A DNA stretch of 64,000 nucleotides from Alphaproteobacteria bacterium. GTDB lineage: Bacteria; Pseudomonadota; Alphaproteobacteria; RF32; CAG-239. A model generated the notes under the pieces. The model did not search any database. It saw only the letters and a list, made by a program, of their open reading frames with translations, and was not told the origin of the DNA. Position 1 is the first letter of the stretch, and every line of letters starts with the position of its first letter. Location: positions 154,808 to 218,807 of the forward strand of contig SUUX01000001.1 of the NCBI GenBank assembly GCA_015062305.1, given 5' to 3'. Positions 56,029-64,000 of this stretch are shown one piece after another. The position numbers and the translations under genes are program-made.

Positions 56029-57045
56029 CTATGAATTGGAGTTTGATCCTCGTTGTTTCATTTTTGCAAATTCTTGACTGAAATTTAAAGGAGGTTTATT
56101 TGTCTTTATGGACATGGATACGGGATTTTTACCTTCTCTAATTGTAATCCGCTCAGCTAACTTATCTGAAGAAATAATGTCTGGCGCATTTTGAGCTATA
56201 ATATCTTGGATTACTGGAGATGCTTTGTGAATATCTGTTACGCCTTCTCTTAATTCTTTATCAAAATCTTGTTGAAGCAAATCTTTATTTGCATCTTGCG
56301 AAATTTTAGTAAGATTGAGGATATATGCTTGTTTTATGCTGCTGTCAAAATAGGCGTCAACTTTTTCAACTTTCTCATTATTAAAACCACATATCATTCC
56401 ATTAGCCATAGTAACGGCATGGAACCCGCTACTATTGTTTTGCTCTGAATTATGAATTACCATAAATATATCGTTAGGATTATCTTGAATCATGTTATCA
56501 AGATTCTCTTTAACTTTGCCATTTATAAATTTGCAATGAGGATTTTTTTCATTAGCAAAATAACGATTTATTGGACCATACACTCCATATGGATTTATTT
56601 TTTTTATCTCATCCACAACCGTCGAAAATTCTTTACACCCTGTTTTTTGAACGCTTTCTTCTAGAGTGTTTAGCGCACTGACTACACAATAAAATCGAGG
56701 ATTAATTCCTTTATCATTCCAACGTTTTTGTAGCACAGAACTTCCGTGCTCTTGTATTTCTTTGTGGATTTCTGTTGCTGTTTCTATGAAAGTTTCAGAA
56801 ACTCGTCGAGAACGATCAGCACAATATATTTTAAGAGCCTCTTCATTTTGAGATATTTCTTGAACTACCTGGTTTATTCTAGTTTCTGTTGTCGAATGCT
56901 CAATAGTATCTTTGCTCTCTGCTTTATTAGTACCTCCAGTTTGTGCAGGAACACCGACAAAAGAAGTTAACATGGCAAGTTTCATAGCATTTAGCGCCAT
57001 TCTATCCTTTATCCTTCTAATTCTTTCCTGTATGTTTCCCATCAT
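56029..57045 (-). CDS. Hypothetical protein with a possible Cys...His catalytic pair
   Basis: 338 aa. Contains RFYCVVSALNTL, and ~85 residues later SSGFHAVTMANG. Polar C-terminal tail. Confidence 0.4.
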   Translation of the reverse strand: MMGNIQERIRRIKDRMALNAMKLAMLTSFVGVPAQTGGTNKAESKDTIEHSTTETRINQVVQEISQNEEALKIYCADRSRRVSETFIETATEIHKEIQEHGSSVLQKRWNDKGINPRFYCVVSALNTLEESVQKTGCKEFSTVVDEIKKINPYGVYGPINRYFANEKNPHCKFINGKVKENLDNMIQDNPNDIFMVIHNSEQNNSSGFHAVTMANGMICGFNNEKVEKVDAYFDSSIKQAYILNLTKISQDANKDLLQQDFDKELREGVTDIHKASPVIQDIIAQNAPDIISSDKLAERITIREGKNPVSMSIKTNKPPLNFSQEFAKMKQRGSNSNS

Positions 57046-57206
57046 AGTTGTCCATGCTTTGTATATTATTTATTGTTAGTATAACATAAATTTTTTAAAA
57101 AATCACTACTTTTACTAATGAATATCTTTAATTTTTGCTTTACAAGCCGTTGGTTTTGGGAATAAATATTGATTAGTATCAATTTTTTGCAAAAAAAGAA
57201 CTTAAG

Positions 57207-57734
57207 ATGATGTCTAATATTTTGAAACTAAGCAGTTTTGTTATTTGTATTTTGTTGGCCGGTTGCCAAAAACAAATTAAACCGGCGATAGTGCCTCCTC
57301 CGGCGGCAAAAGTTGTGACTGAGGTTGGTCTGCCGGTTATTGGCGGAGTTGAGCCAGTCTATTTTATGCCTATGCGCACACCGTTTGCGGCTCGCATTGA
57401 CACCGGAGCTGAGATTTCTTCTATTGATGTTGAAGAATTGACACCATTTGAACGTGATGGAGAAAAATGGGTGTCTTTTGTTATGCGGCACGCACAAAAC
57501 GGAGAAAGAAAAGTTTTTGAAAAAAGAGTGGTAAGACGTGTGTTAATCCGAAGAATCAACAAAAATGAGCGCCGTTATGTGGTGATGATGGATATTAAAA
57601 TCGGAAATGAACTGGTGAACACTGAATTTACTCTGGCTGATAGAGAAAAATTTGAATTTCAGGCTCTTATCGGACGTAATGTCTTAAATAGTCGTTTTGT
57701 TGTGGATCCGGCCATAGACAATACCCTGCACTAA
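57207..57734 (+). CDS. Retropepsin-like protease of the RimB / 'putative ATP-dependent zinc protease' family, lipoprotein
   Basis: Lipobox LLAGC, aspartyl-protease motif RIDTGAEISSI, and the family-typical C-terminal ALIGRNVL. Confidence 0.7.
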   Translation: MMSNILKLSSFVICILLAGCQKQIKPAIVPPPAAKVVTEVGLPVIGGVEPVYFMPMRTPFAARIDTGAEISSIDVEELTPFERDGEKWVSFVMRHAQNGERKVFEKRVVRRVLIRRINKNERRYVVMMDIKIGNELVNTEFTLADREKFEFQALIGRNVLNSRFVVDPAIDNTLH

Positions 57735-57752
57735 TTTGGAGAATTTGAAAAT

Positions 57753-59285
57753 ATGCTAAAAAAAATTGCATCTGTTCGTGGTATATTGACAACTTTGTTG
57801 ATGTTAGCCATTGTTTATGCTGCTTATAGCATTTATTATAAAATTGAATATTGGGGATTTAGTTTTGCTCCCAAACATAATACAAATTTGTGGTCTGTGG
57901 AAGCGCATATTGCTTTTGAGCCGACAGGTACCCCTATCAAGATAAATCTTACCACCCCCAGAAGCAATGAAGCATTTAAGATATTGGAAGAAAATGTTGT
58001 TGCTCCGGGGTATAAAGTAAAACGAAACAAAAGCGGATCTTTGCTGACTTTGACCTCTGCTCCTAAAGAAGAGCAACAGCATATATACTATAAGATTATG
58101 CTATTTGATAATGTTAACACCAGAGGAAAAACTTCTGCACCTCAGCCAAAGGCACCTGAACAACCGTTGTTTGATGCTCAAAAAATGGCCGAAGCAAAAC
58201 AGATTTTGAAGTTGGCTGAAACAATTGACGGAGATGCGGTGTCTCAGGTGATTAAGCTGTTTAATCAAGAACCCCTGTCTGCAGCCGTACAAGCATATTT
58301 GCCGATTCAGAAAAGTCCGCAACAAACCTTGGAAATTATCAGAGAATTGTTGGCTCTAAAAGGTATCGCCTCAAGACCGGCAAGAGGACTGTTGTTGGAA
58401 GAAAGCAAAAAATCTTTGACGCCAGATTTGATGTTGGAAGCCTATATTGACGGTAAATGGAAGATATATAATATGCAAACCGGAAAAAAAGGACTGCCAG
58501 ATAATTTCGTGCTGTTCCAAAGAGGTGGAAAATCTTTGATTGATGTGATTGGCGGAGAAAACTCTATTATTAAATATTCTATTCTGAAATCTGTGACATC
58601 AACAATGAATTTGGCCGGAAAAAGAGCCAAACTTGCAGGCAATGAAACATGGTATGACTACTCTATATATAATCTGCCGCTGGCAGAGCAAAATACTCTA
58701 AAGTGGCTTTCTATCTTTCCGTTGGCAATATTGATTATTGTAGTAATGCGCAATGTGGTTGGCTTGCAAACAATGGGAACCTTTACTCCGATGTTGTTGG
58801 CAATGGCTTTGGTTAAAACAGGTTTTGTACCAGGAATGTTGTGTTTTACCTTTATTGTGTTTTTGGGATTGATAATACGATTTTTTATGAGCAGATTTAA
58901 TTTGTTGTTGGTTCCCAGAATTTCTGCCGTGGTTATCTTTGTGATTATCATTATGCAAGGATTCACAATTTTGGGTTATCGCCTAAACCAAGATATTGCT
59001 CAATCGGCAGTGTTCTTCCCTATTATCATTATGGCTTGGATCATTGAGCGAGCCTCTATTACTTGGGAAGAAGATGGTCCTCTTAATGCCGGAAAAGAAA
59101 TTTTATTCTCAGTGCTAACAGCTATATTTGTATATTTGGTGATTAGTATTGACTATATCAGACACATTATGTTTGCCTTTAATGAGTTAAACATTGTGAT
59201 TTTGCTGATTGTAATGCTGTTGGGAACATATACGGGATATCGCCTGTTGGAGCTGAAACGTTTTCGCCCATTGGTAAAGAGGTAA
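57753..59285 (+). CDS. Inactive-transglutaminase-like domain fused to a 7-TM module
   Basis: One N-terminal TM helix, a ~300-aa extracytoplasmic domain, then seven TM helices. Sits between the protease and ATP-grasp genes, as described for this family. Confidence 0.6.
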   Translation: MLKKIASVRGILTTLLMLAIVYAAYSIYYKIEYWGFSFAPKHNTNLWSVEAHIAFEPTGTPIKINLTTPRSNEAFKILEENVVAPGYKVKRNKSGSLLTLTSAPKEEQQHIYYKIMLFDNVNTRGKTSAPQPKAPEQPLFDAQKMAEAKQILKLAETIDGDAVSQVIKLFNQEPLSAAVQAYLPIQKSPQQTLEIIRELLALKGIASRPARGLLLEESKKSLTPDLMLEAYIDGKWKIYNMQTGKKGLPDNFVLFQRGGKSLIDVIGGENSIIKYSILKSVTSTMNLAGKRAKLAGNETWYDYSIYNLPLAEQNTLKWLSIFPLAILIIVVMRNVVGLQTMGTFTPMLLAMALVKTGFVPGMLCFTFIVFLGLIIRFFMSRFNLLLVPRISAVVIFVIIIMQGFTILGYRLNQDIAQSAVFFPIIIMAWIIERASITWEEDGPLNAGKEILFSVLTAIFVYLVISIDYIRHIMFAFNELNIVILLIVMLLGTYTGYRLLELKRFRPLVKR

Positions 59286-59286
59286 G

Positions 59287-60252
59287 ATGATGTTTGCGTG
59301 GCTGAAAAAATATTGCAAACCATCTGAGCTGAGCAAAGCCGGCGTATTGGGAATGAACGCTCGCAATTTTGATGTAATTGGCAAATATAATAATCGACGT
59401 TTGTATCCGCTGGTTGATGACAAGGTGAAAACCAAGATGTTGGCAAACAACATCGGCATCAGCACTCCAAAGCTTATTGGTAAAATTGAATGCCAATATG
59501 AAGTGAAAGATATCTTGAAGATTATTGACGGTTATAAAGAATTTGTGATTAAACCGGCTCAAGGTAGCGGCGGCAAGGGCGTGTTGGTGATTGTTAATTA
59601 TGAAGACGGAATTTTTGAAACAGCATCAGGACGCAAAATCAGCTATCATGATGTGTATCAGCATATTTCTAATATATTGAGTGGGTTATATTCTTTAGGT
59701 GGAAAATATGACACGGCGATTATTGAAGAATTGGTGCATTTTTCTGATGTATTTAAGGAGTATAGTTATCAAGGCGTGCCTGATGTGAGATTGATTATCT
59801 ATAAGGGTTTTCCGATAATGGCAATGACAAGATTGCCAACTAAAGCATCGGGCGGAAGGGCTAACTTGCACCAAGGGGCTGTTGGAGTTGGTTTGGATAT
59901 CAGAACCGGAAGGGCTTTGCATGGTGTATTGCGCAATGTGCCGGTGACAGAGCAGCCAGATACCGGAGCAAATTTGATGCAAATACAGGTTCCTTTTTGG
60001 AAAGAACATTTGATTATCGGAGCTCTGGCATATGATATGACAAATCTGGGGTATTTGGGAGCAGATATTGTGCTTGATGCCAATAAAGGTCCTATGATGT
60101 TGGAACTTAATGCACGCCCCGGTCTGGCAATACAGATTGCAAACGGAATTGGCTTGAAAACCAGAATTAAAGAAGTAGATAAGTATTATCCGGAAGGGCT
60201 AAATGCTCAACAAAGAGTGGATTTTGTGCTTAATTATACACCCAAAGAATAA
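59287..60252 (+). CDS. Alpha-L-glutamate ligase-related (RimK-like ATP-grasp) protein
   Basis: GVLGMNARNFDVIGKYNNRRLYPLVDDKVKTK and the ATP-grasp core (FVIKPAQGSGGKG..., ELNARPGL). Confidence 0.75.
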   Translation: MMFAWLKKYCKPSELSKAGVLGMNARNFDVIGKYNNRRLYPLVDDKVKTKMLANNIGISTPKLIGKIECQYEVKDILKIIDGYKEFVIKPAQGSGGKGVLVIVNYEDGIFETASGRKISYHDVYQHISNILSGLYSLGGKYDTAIIEELVHFSDVFKEYSYQGVPDVRLIIYKGFPIMAMTRLPTKASGGRANLHQGAVGVGLDIRTGRALHGVLRNVPVTEQPDTGANLMQIQVPFWKEHLIIGALAYDMTNLGYLGADIVLDANKGPMMLELNARPGLAIQIANGIGLKTRIKEVDKYYPEGLNAQQRVDFVLNYTPKE

Positions 60253-60268
60253 TAGAAAGGATTATGTT

Positions 60269-60883
60269 ATGGCTAAAGAAACAAAACTGCTTAATGGTGA
60301 AAAAACTCCTAAGCTTCCAAAGGCTCAGACCAAAGGACTGAAATCTGCAGAGACAAAAAAACTGACAGTTAGCAAAAGCAGAGCAAAAAAAATAAAACAT
60401 TCTTATAAAGTGAAAGATGCTGAAAATGCACTACTCCTTAAGCTGAAAGATGGTGATGTAGTTATTGAAATGTTTGCAGATGTTGCACCAAATCATGTGG
60501 CAAGAATAAAAGAATTGGTTAGAGCCGGTTTCTATAATGGTTTGAAATTCCACAGAGTTATTGATGGTTTTATGGCTCAGACAGGTTGTCCTTATGGTAA
60601 TGGAACCGGCGGAAGCGGCAAAAAATTGAAAGCAGAATTTAATAAAATGCCTCATAAAAGAGGAACAGTATCTATGGCTCGCTCTATGTTTCCGGATTCA
60701 GCAGATAGTCAGTTTTTTATTTGTTTTGCAGATTGTGATTGGCTAAACGGACAATATACCGTTTGGGGTGAAGTATCGTCCGGTATGGAATATGTAGATA
60801 TGATAAAAAAAGGTGACGGAGCTAATGGAGCTGTTAGCGCACCTGATGAAATTATCAGCATGAGCGTAATTGCAGATATATAA
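60269..60883 (+). CDS. Cyclophilin-type peptidyl-prolyl isomerase with Lys-rich N-terminal extension
   Basis: Core motifs FHRVIDGFMAQTG, GGSG, MARS...DSADSQFFI, and YTVWG. About 55 basic residues precede the core, with no internal Met. Confidence 0.8.
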   Translation: MAKETKLLNGEKTPKLPKAQTKGLKSAETKKLTVSKSRAKKIKHSYKVKDAENALLLKLKDGDVVIEMFADVAPNHVARIKELVRAGFYNGLKFHRVIDGFMAQTGCPYGNGTGGSGKKLKAEFNKMPHKRGTVSMARSMFPDSADSQFFICFADCDWLNGQYTVWGEVSSGMEYVDMIKKGDGANGAVSAPDEIISMSVIADI

Positions 60884-60918
60884 TATTTTATGTAATATAT
60901 AATATTTTATGTATCACA

Positions 60919-61236
60919 TCAATCTTCGTCTTCATCATCTTCGGTTTCTTGACCGAAGATGATGTGCCATAGGGGTTTTCGATACATCCACAGATTGAAA
61001 GCACCAAGGGCAACAGAAATCATGCCAAATAAGAATAAAATATAGTACCAATTCAACTGATTGGCATCCATCATGACATCTTGACGGCTAAGACGAACAA
61101 AGCCAATGGCAATAGATGTGACAGCAAAAGAGATGATAAAAGCCAAAGTCCAAATTTTGTATTGTAAACGTTTGGGCAACATAAATGCGGTTATGATATA
61201 GAGTAACAAAAAGGCAAAAAATAAATATAGCTCCAT
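60919..61236 (-). CDS. Small membrane protein (3 TM helices) with acidic tail
   Basis: 105-aa hydrophobic ORF ending ETEDDEDED. Confidence 0.4.
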   Translation of the reverse strand: MELYLFFAFLLLYIITAFMLPKRLQYKIWTLAFIISFAVTSIAIGFVRLSRQDVMMDANQLNWYYILFLFGMISVALGAFNLWMYRKPLWHIIFGQETEDDEDED

Positions 61237-61361
61237 GAAAATATCCTCCCTTCGGTTGGTGATATATAGTCTGTGGTTAATATATTTATGATTTTGTAAT
61301 TTTCATCAGGGCAATATATAAAGGCAAAACCCGCCCTGCCATAAATAGCAGAGACGGGTTT

Positions 61362-61742
61362 TTACTTTTTGAACAGTCCGATTATAAAGCACGTTGCTAG
61401 TACGACTACTATTATAGAAATAATAGGTGAACCTACAACAAAAGCCAAAATATCGGCTCCAAATTCTATTAAGAGAAGAATTGCTATATAAACATATAGC
61501 AAATACCAGAACCATTTACACTGTATGAGAAAACATACGACAAAAAATAGTCCTAGTATAACTAACCAAGATGGTACACATCTGGTGCAAATCTCTTCTC
61601 CGTCGCCTACAAATCCTTTGATTACCAAAACTATTGCTCCTAAAAACAATAATCCGGCTACAAAAAAACCAAAGTTTGATGATTTGCTTGCAATATATAT
61701 ACCCAACACTACACATATTGCGGCTAGAATAAAGTAAGTCAT
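61362..61742 (-). CDS. Small membrane protein (4 TM helices)
   Basis: 126-aa hydrophobic ORF. Confidence 0.4.
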   Translation of the reverse strand: MTYFILAAICVVLGIYIASKSSNFGFFVAGLLFLGAIVLVIKGFVGDGEEICTRCVPSWLVILGLFFVVCFLIQCKWFWYLLYVYIAILLLIEFGADILAFVVGSPIISIIVVVLATCFIIGLFKK

Positions 61743-61838
61743 AATCTATAAATTTTTTTTTTAATAATATGTTTATCACTTACAATAGTATCATATTTTG
61801 CAGTGATAGTCTATAAAAAAACGAATCTGAAAAAACGG

Positions 61839-63554
61839 CTATTTTTCCAATATTGGCCATTGTCCGTTGGCAACCTGTTCCAAAGTTGGGTTATCCATTT
61901 GGAAACGCATATTATATATCCAATAGTTTGCCATTACTCTTTCGATATAAATTCTGGTTTCTGCAGCAGGTATTGCCTCTATAAACAGCAAAGCATCGTT
62001 ATTATATTTGGTGTTTTTTTGCCATTTTAGAAGATTTCCGGGGCCGGCATTATAAGCGGTCATCATGTAAAACAAGTTTCCATCGACAAATGTTTTGCCC
62101 AACAAATAGCTAACATATTTTTGCCCCAGTTCCAAATTGTATTCTGGCTTGAGTAGTCTGCTTTTGTCTCTCTTGAGAGAGGCGTCTCTGGTGATGTGAT
62201 ATGCTGTACGAGGCATTAGTTGCATAAGACCACAGGCGCCGGCAGAACTTTGCGCCTCTACCCTAAAAGATGATTCCTGGCGAACCAAAGCTAAAACCAA
62301 GGGTTCGTGCACACGCCAACCATGTGTGGGCCACCAACCGGGGATAGGATAGACAAGTGCGTCATAGCTTCTGCCTTGAGAAACATCTTTGCATTCGTTG
62401 CCGGCATAAATGGCTAGAGAATGGAACCCATATTGATTGGCAATAAAGACGACAGCTTCTTTTTGTTTGTCATTCATATCCGGATAGCCATGTCGAAGCT
62501 CTTTTTCTGCCAAAACCGGCTGTTTGGCGTGAAGCAAAATAATTGCTCTTCTAATATGAGGTGATGCCACCAACTCGTAGATATAATTAAGCGAAGTGAA
62601 ATCATTGTGATAAGCTTCGGCATCCCAATTATAAGTTAGAGTTTCTCCCAATTTATAAGCAGCCAAAATACCATACATGGTGTGTTTGTATTTGCTGGCA
62701 AGTTGTAACATAGATTGAGCTTTTTGTTTTTGACCCAATTGTTCATAGGCTCTATAAGCCCAATATCCCCCTGCAGAAACCAACCACTCGTCTTGGTTGT
62801 TTGAGGTGGCAAGACGATTAAAGTATGTGGCTGCGTTTTGGTATTGTTTTTGGCGCCATGCTGACAAACCTGCTATCCAATATGCTGTGCCAGAAGTGCG
62901 GCGGCGGGCAGCTTTAGTCGCCCATTGCCATGCTAATTTGTCATATCCATCAACAAAATATTTTTTAGCCAAATTGGCTGCCAGGTCATCCCATTTGGCA
63001 TCGGGAATAAGCTGACGGAATTTTGACTGCTCCAGCACCAAACGGGCTTTTTTGGTTTTTCCTTTGCGAAGAGCTTTCTGAAAGTTTTGCACTTGATTAT
63101 ATAAATAGCGCTTGGTGGCATTGTCATATTTTTTGGCTTTGAGGTATGCATTGCCGGGAATATCAGGATATGAGAATTCTTTTTTTTGGGTTTTGTCTTT
63201 GCGTTGGGCTAAGCGATAAATGCGAGAAGCCTCCGGCAAGTCGGCGTATTTATCCAGCCAAGATTGCAGCTCTTCTATGCTGCTGGTATATTTGGGATGA
63301 AGATATTTTTGAGCTAAAACAGTACCAAGCAAAATGTTGTTTTGCAAATCGGATATTTGTTCATCGGCTTTGGTAAAATCTGCTTTTTCGATATTACGAA
63401 ATATTTTTTTGTAAAGTTCAACATCTTCTTGATCGATGAGCAAAAAGCTAAGCATTTGCTCATAGGCAGGTTTGTTGATGATTTTTTGTTCAGCAGCAAA
63501 AGCTGAAAAAGATAAGCAAACAACACTAAAAATAACTATAAGTTTTTTTATCAT
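61839..63554 (-). CDS. slt: Soluble lytic murein transglycosylase (Slt70-like)
   Basis: Signal peptide from ATG 63554, a superhelical repeat region, and the SLT catalytic motif RQESSF...GLMQLMPRTA. Confidence 0.85.
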   Translation of the reverse strand: MIKKLIVIFSVVCLSFSAFAAEQKIINKPAYEQMLSFLLIDQEDVELYKKIFRNIEKADFTKADEQISDLQNNILLGTVLAQKYLHPKYTSSIEELQSWLDKYADLPEASRIYRLAQRKDKTQKKEFSYPDIPGNAYLKAKKYDNATKRYLYNQVQNFQKALRKGKTKKARLVLEQSKFRQLIPDAKWDDLAANLAKKYFVDGYDKLAWQWATKAARRRTSGTAYWIAGLSAWRQKQYQNAATYFNRLATSNNQDEWLVSAGGYWAYRAYEQLGQKQKAQSMLQLASKYKHTMYGILAAYKLGETLTYNWDAEAYHNDFTSLNYIYELVASPHIRRAIILLHAKQPVLAEKELRHGYPDMNDKQKEAVVFIANQYGFHSLAIYAGNECKDVSQGRSYDALVYPIPGWWPTHGWRVHEPLVLALVRQESSFRVEAQSSAGACGLMQLMPRTAYHITRDASLKRDKSRLLKPEYNLELGQKYVSYLLGKTFVDGNLFYMMTAYNAGPGNLLKWQKNTKYNNDALLFIEAIPAAETRIYIERVMANYWIYNMRFQMDNPTLEQVANGQWPILEK

Positions 63555-64000
63555 TTGCGGGCACTTGCACTCAACCAAACTATTTTGTTGGCACAATCAA
63601 CAGCACTCATACCTTTTACTCGACAACGGTTCACCACAATGTTTGGCATTTGATCCATGTTGTAGCAACCATTTCCCATCAAAGTATAATTGGTGTACGT
63701 TGGTGTATTGGGAGCAACATTGGAAAAAGACAAAGCAGTAGTCATCCCTGGCCATACGAGTTTGACGTCTAGGCTAACCAACTTGCGATTTAGATCTGGT
63801 AAAATAAAGAATCTCACATCGCAACTGGGGGCGCCTCCGGCAAAAGAAGAAATTTTGAAATTGTCATAATATAAAAATATTTTACCGGCACGACGAGAAT
63901 TGCCTTTCTCGTCCATTTGCACAGCAACAGCTCCACCTCTCTCTGAGCCGTCTATGGTTGGATAATATAAGGTATCCATGCCGCCGTCCGGAATAAAAAA
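63551..64000 (-). CDS. Hypothetical protein, 5' end outside the window
   Basis: The frame stays open to the window edge. The stop overlaps the slt start (ATGA). Confidence 0.4.
   Translation of the reverse strand, partial: FFIPDGGMDTLYYPTIDGSERGGAVAVQMDEKGNSRRAGKIFLYYDNFKISSFAGGAPSCDVRFFILPDLNRKLVSLDVKLVWPGMTTALSFSNVAPNTPTYTNYTLMGNGCYNMDQMPNIVVNRCRVKGMSAVDCANKIVWLSASARK

Noticed and set aside
60878-60913. 17-bp direct repeat ATATAATATTTTATGTA x2 (19-bp period) at the cyclophilin stop
   Set aside because: Very AT-rich, short, and only two copies. Most likely a local slippage duplication without evident function.
1-64000. CRISPR arrays, rRNA genes, transposases, integrases and prophage blocks
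   Set aside because: I scanned the sequence by eye. I found no short regularly spaced repeats, no rRNA-like sequence and no recombinase-like ORF. The only mobile-element-like traces are the tRNA-Gln end repeats and the duplicated RNA cassette.

Overview
AT-rich bacterial chromosome segment whose content and gene order fit an alphaproteobacterium. The pointers are a permuted two-piece tmRNA, an alpha-type SspB, rpmF-plsX-fabH-ihfA-merR-tRNA-Pro synteny and divergent mfd/recG. Most of the window is housekeeping: alaS, clpP-clpX, map, radC, folA-thyA-dut, cysE, bamE, an adk paralog, mfd and recG. It also carries an Mla-like lipid ABC system, a Liv-type ABC operon, an ECF sigma module, an orphan flagellin and two tRNAs. 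Everything below comes from reading the sequence and ORF track by eye; no BLAST, Rfam or HMM search was possible, so product names rest on remembered family motifs. The most interesting unexplained signal is a promoter plus structured-RNA cassette present in two paralogous copies (about 14105-14560 and 31445-31906). Both copies share a near-identical A-tract/TTGACA promoter and a long-range helix AATCAGA...TCTGAUUUUUU with compensatory changes, and have no conserved ORF. A third, roughly 430-nt highly structured transcription unit (about 14621-15053) has the same promoter type. Copy 1 sits exactly where an LtaS-family gene loses its catalytic domain. Other second-look items: (1) a tandem 161/162-bp repeat that re-duplicates the 3' end of tRNA-Gln twice, an att-scar-like pattern with no integrase nearby; (2) three tandem solute-binding-protein paralogs with homogenised junction blocks inside a Liv-type operon that has only one permease and one ATPase; (3) a retropepsin-like protease, transglutaminase-7TM and RimK-like ATP-grasp operon; (4) ssrA directly followed by sspB. 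No CRISPR array, rRNA, transposase or integrase was seen.
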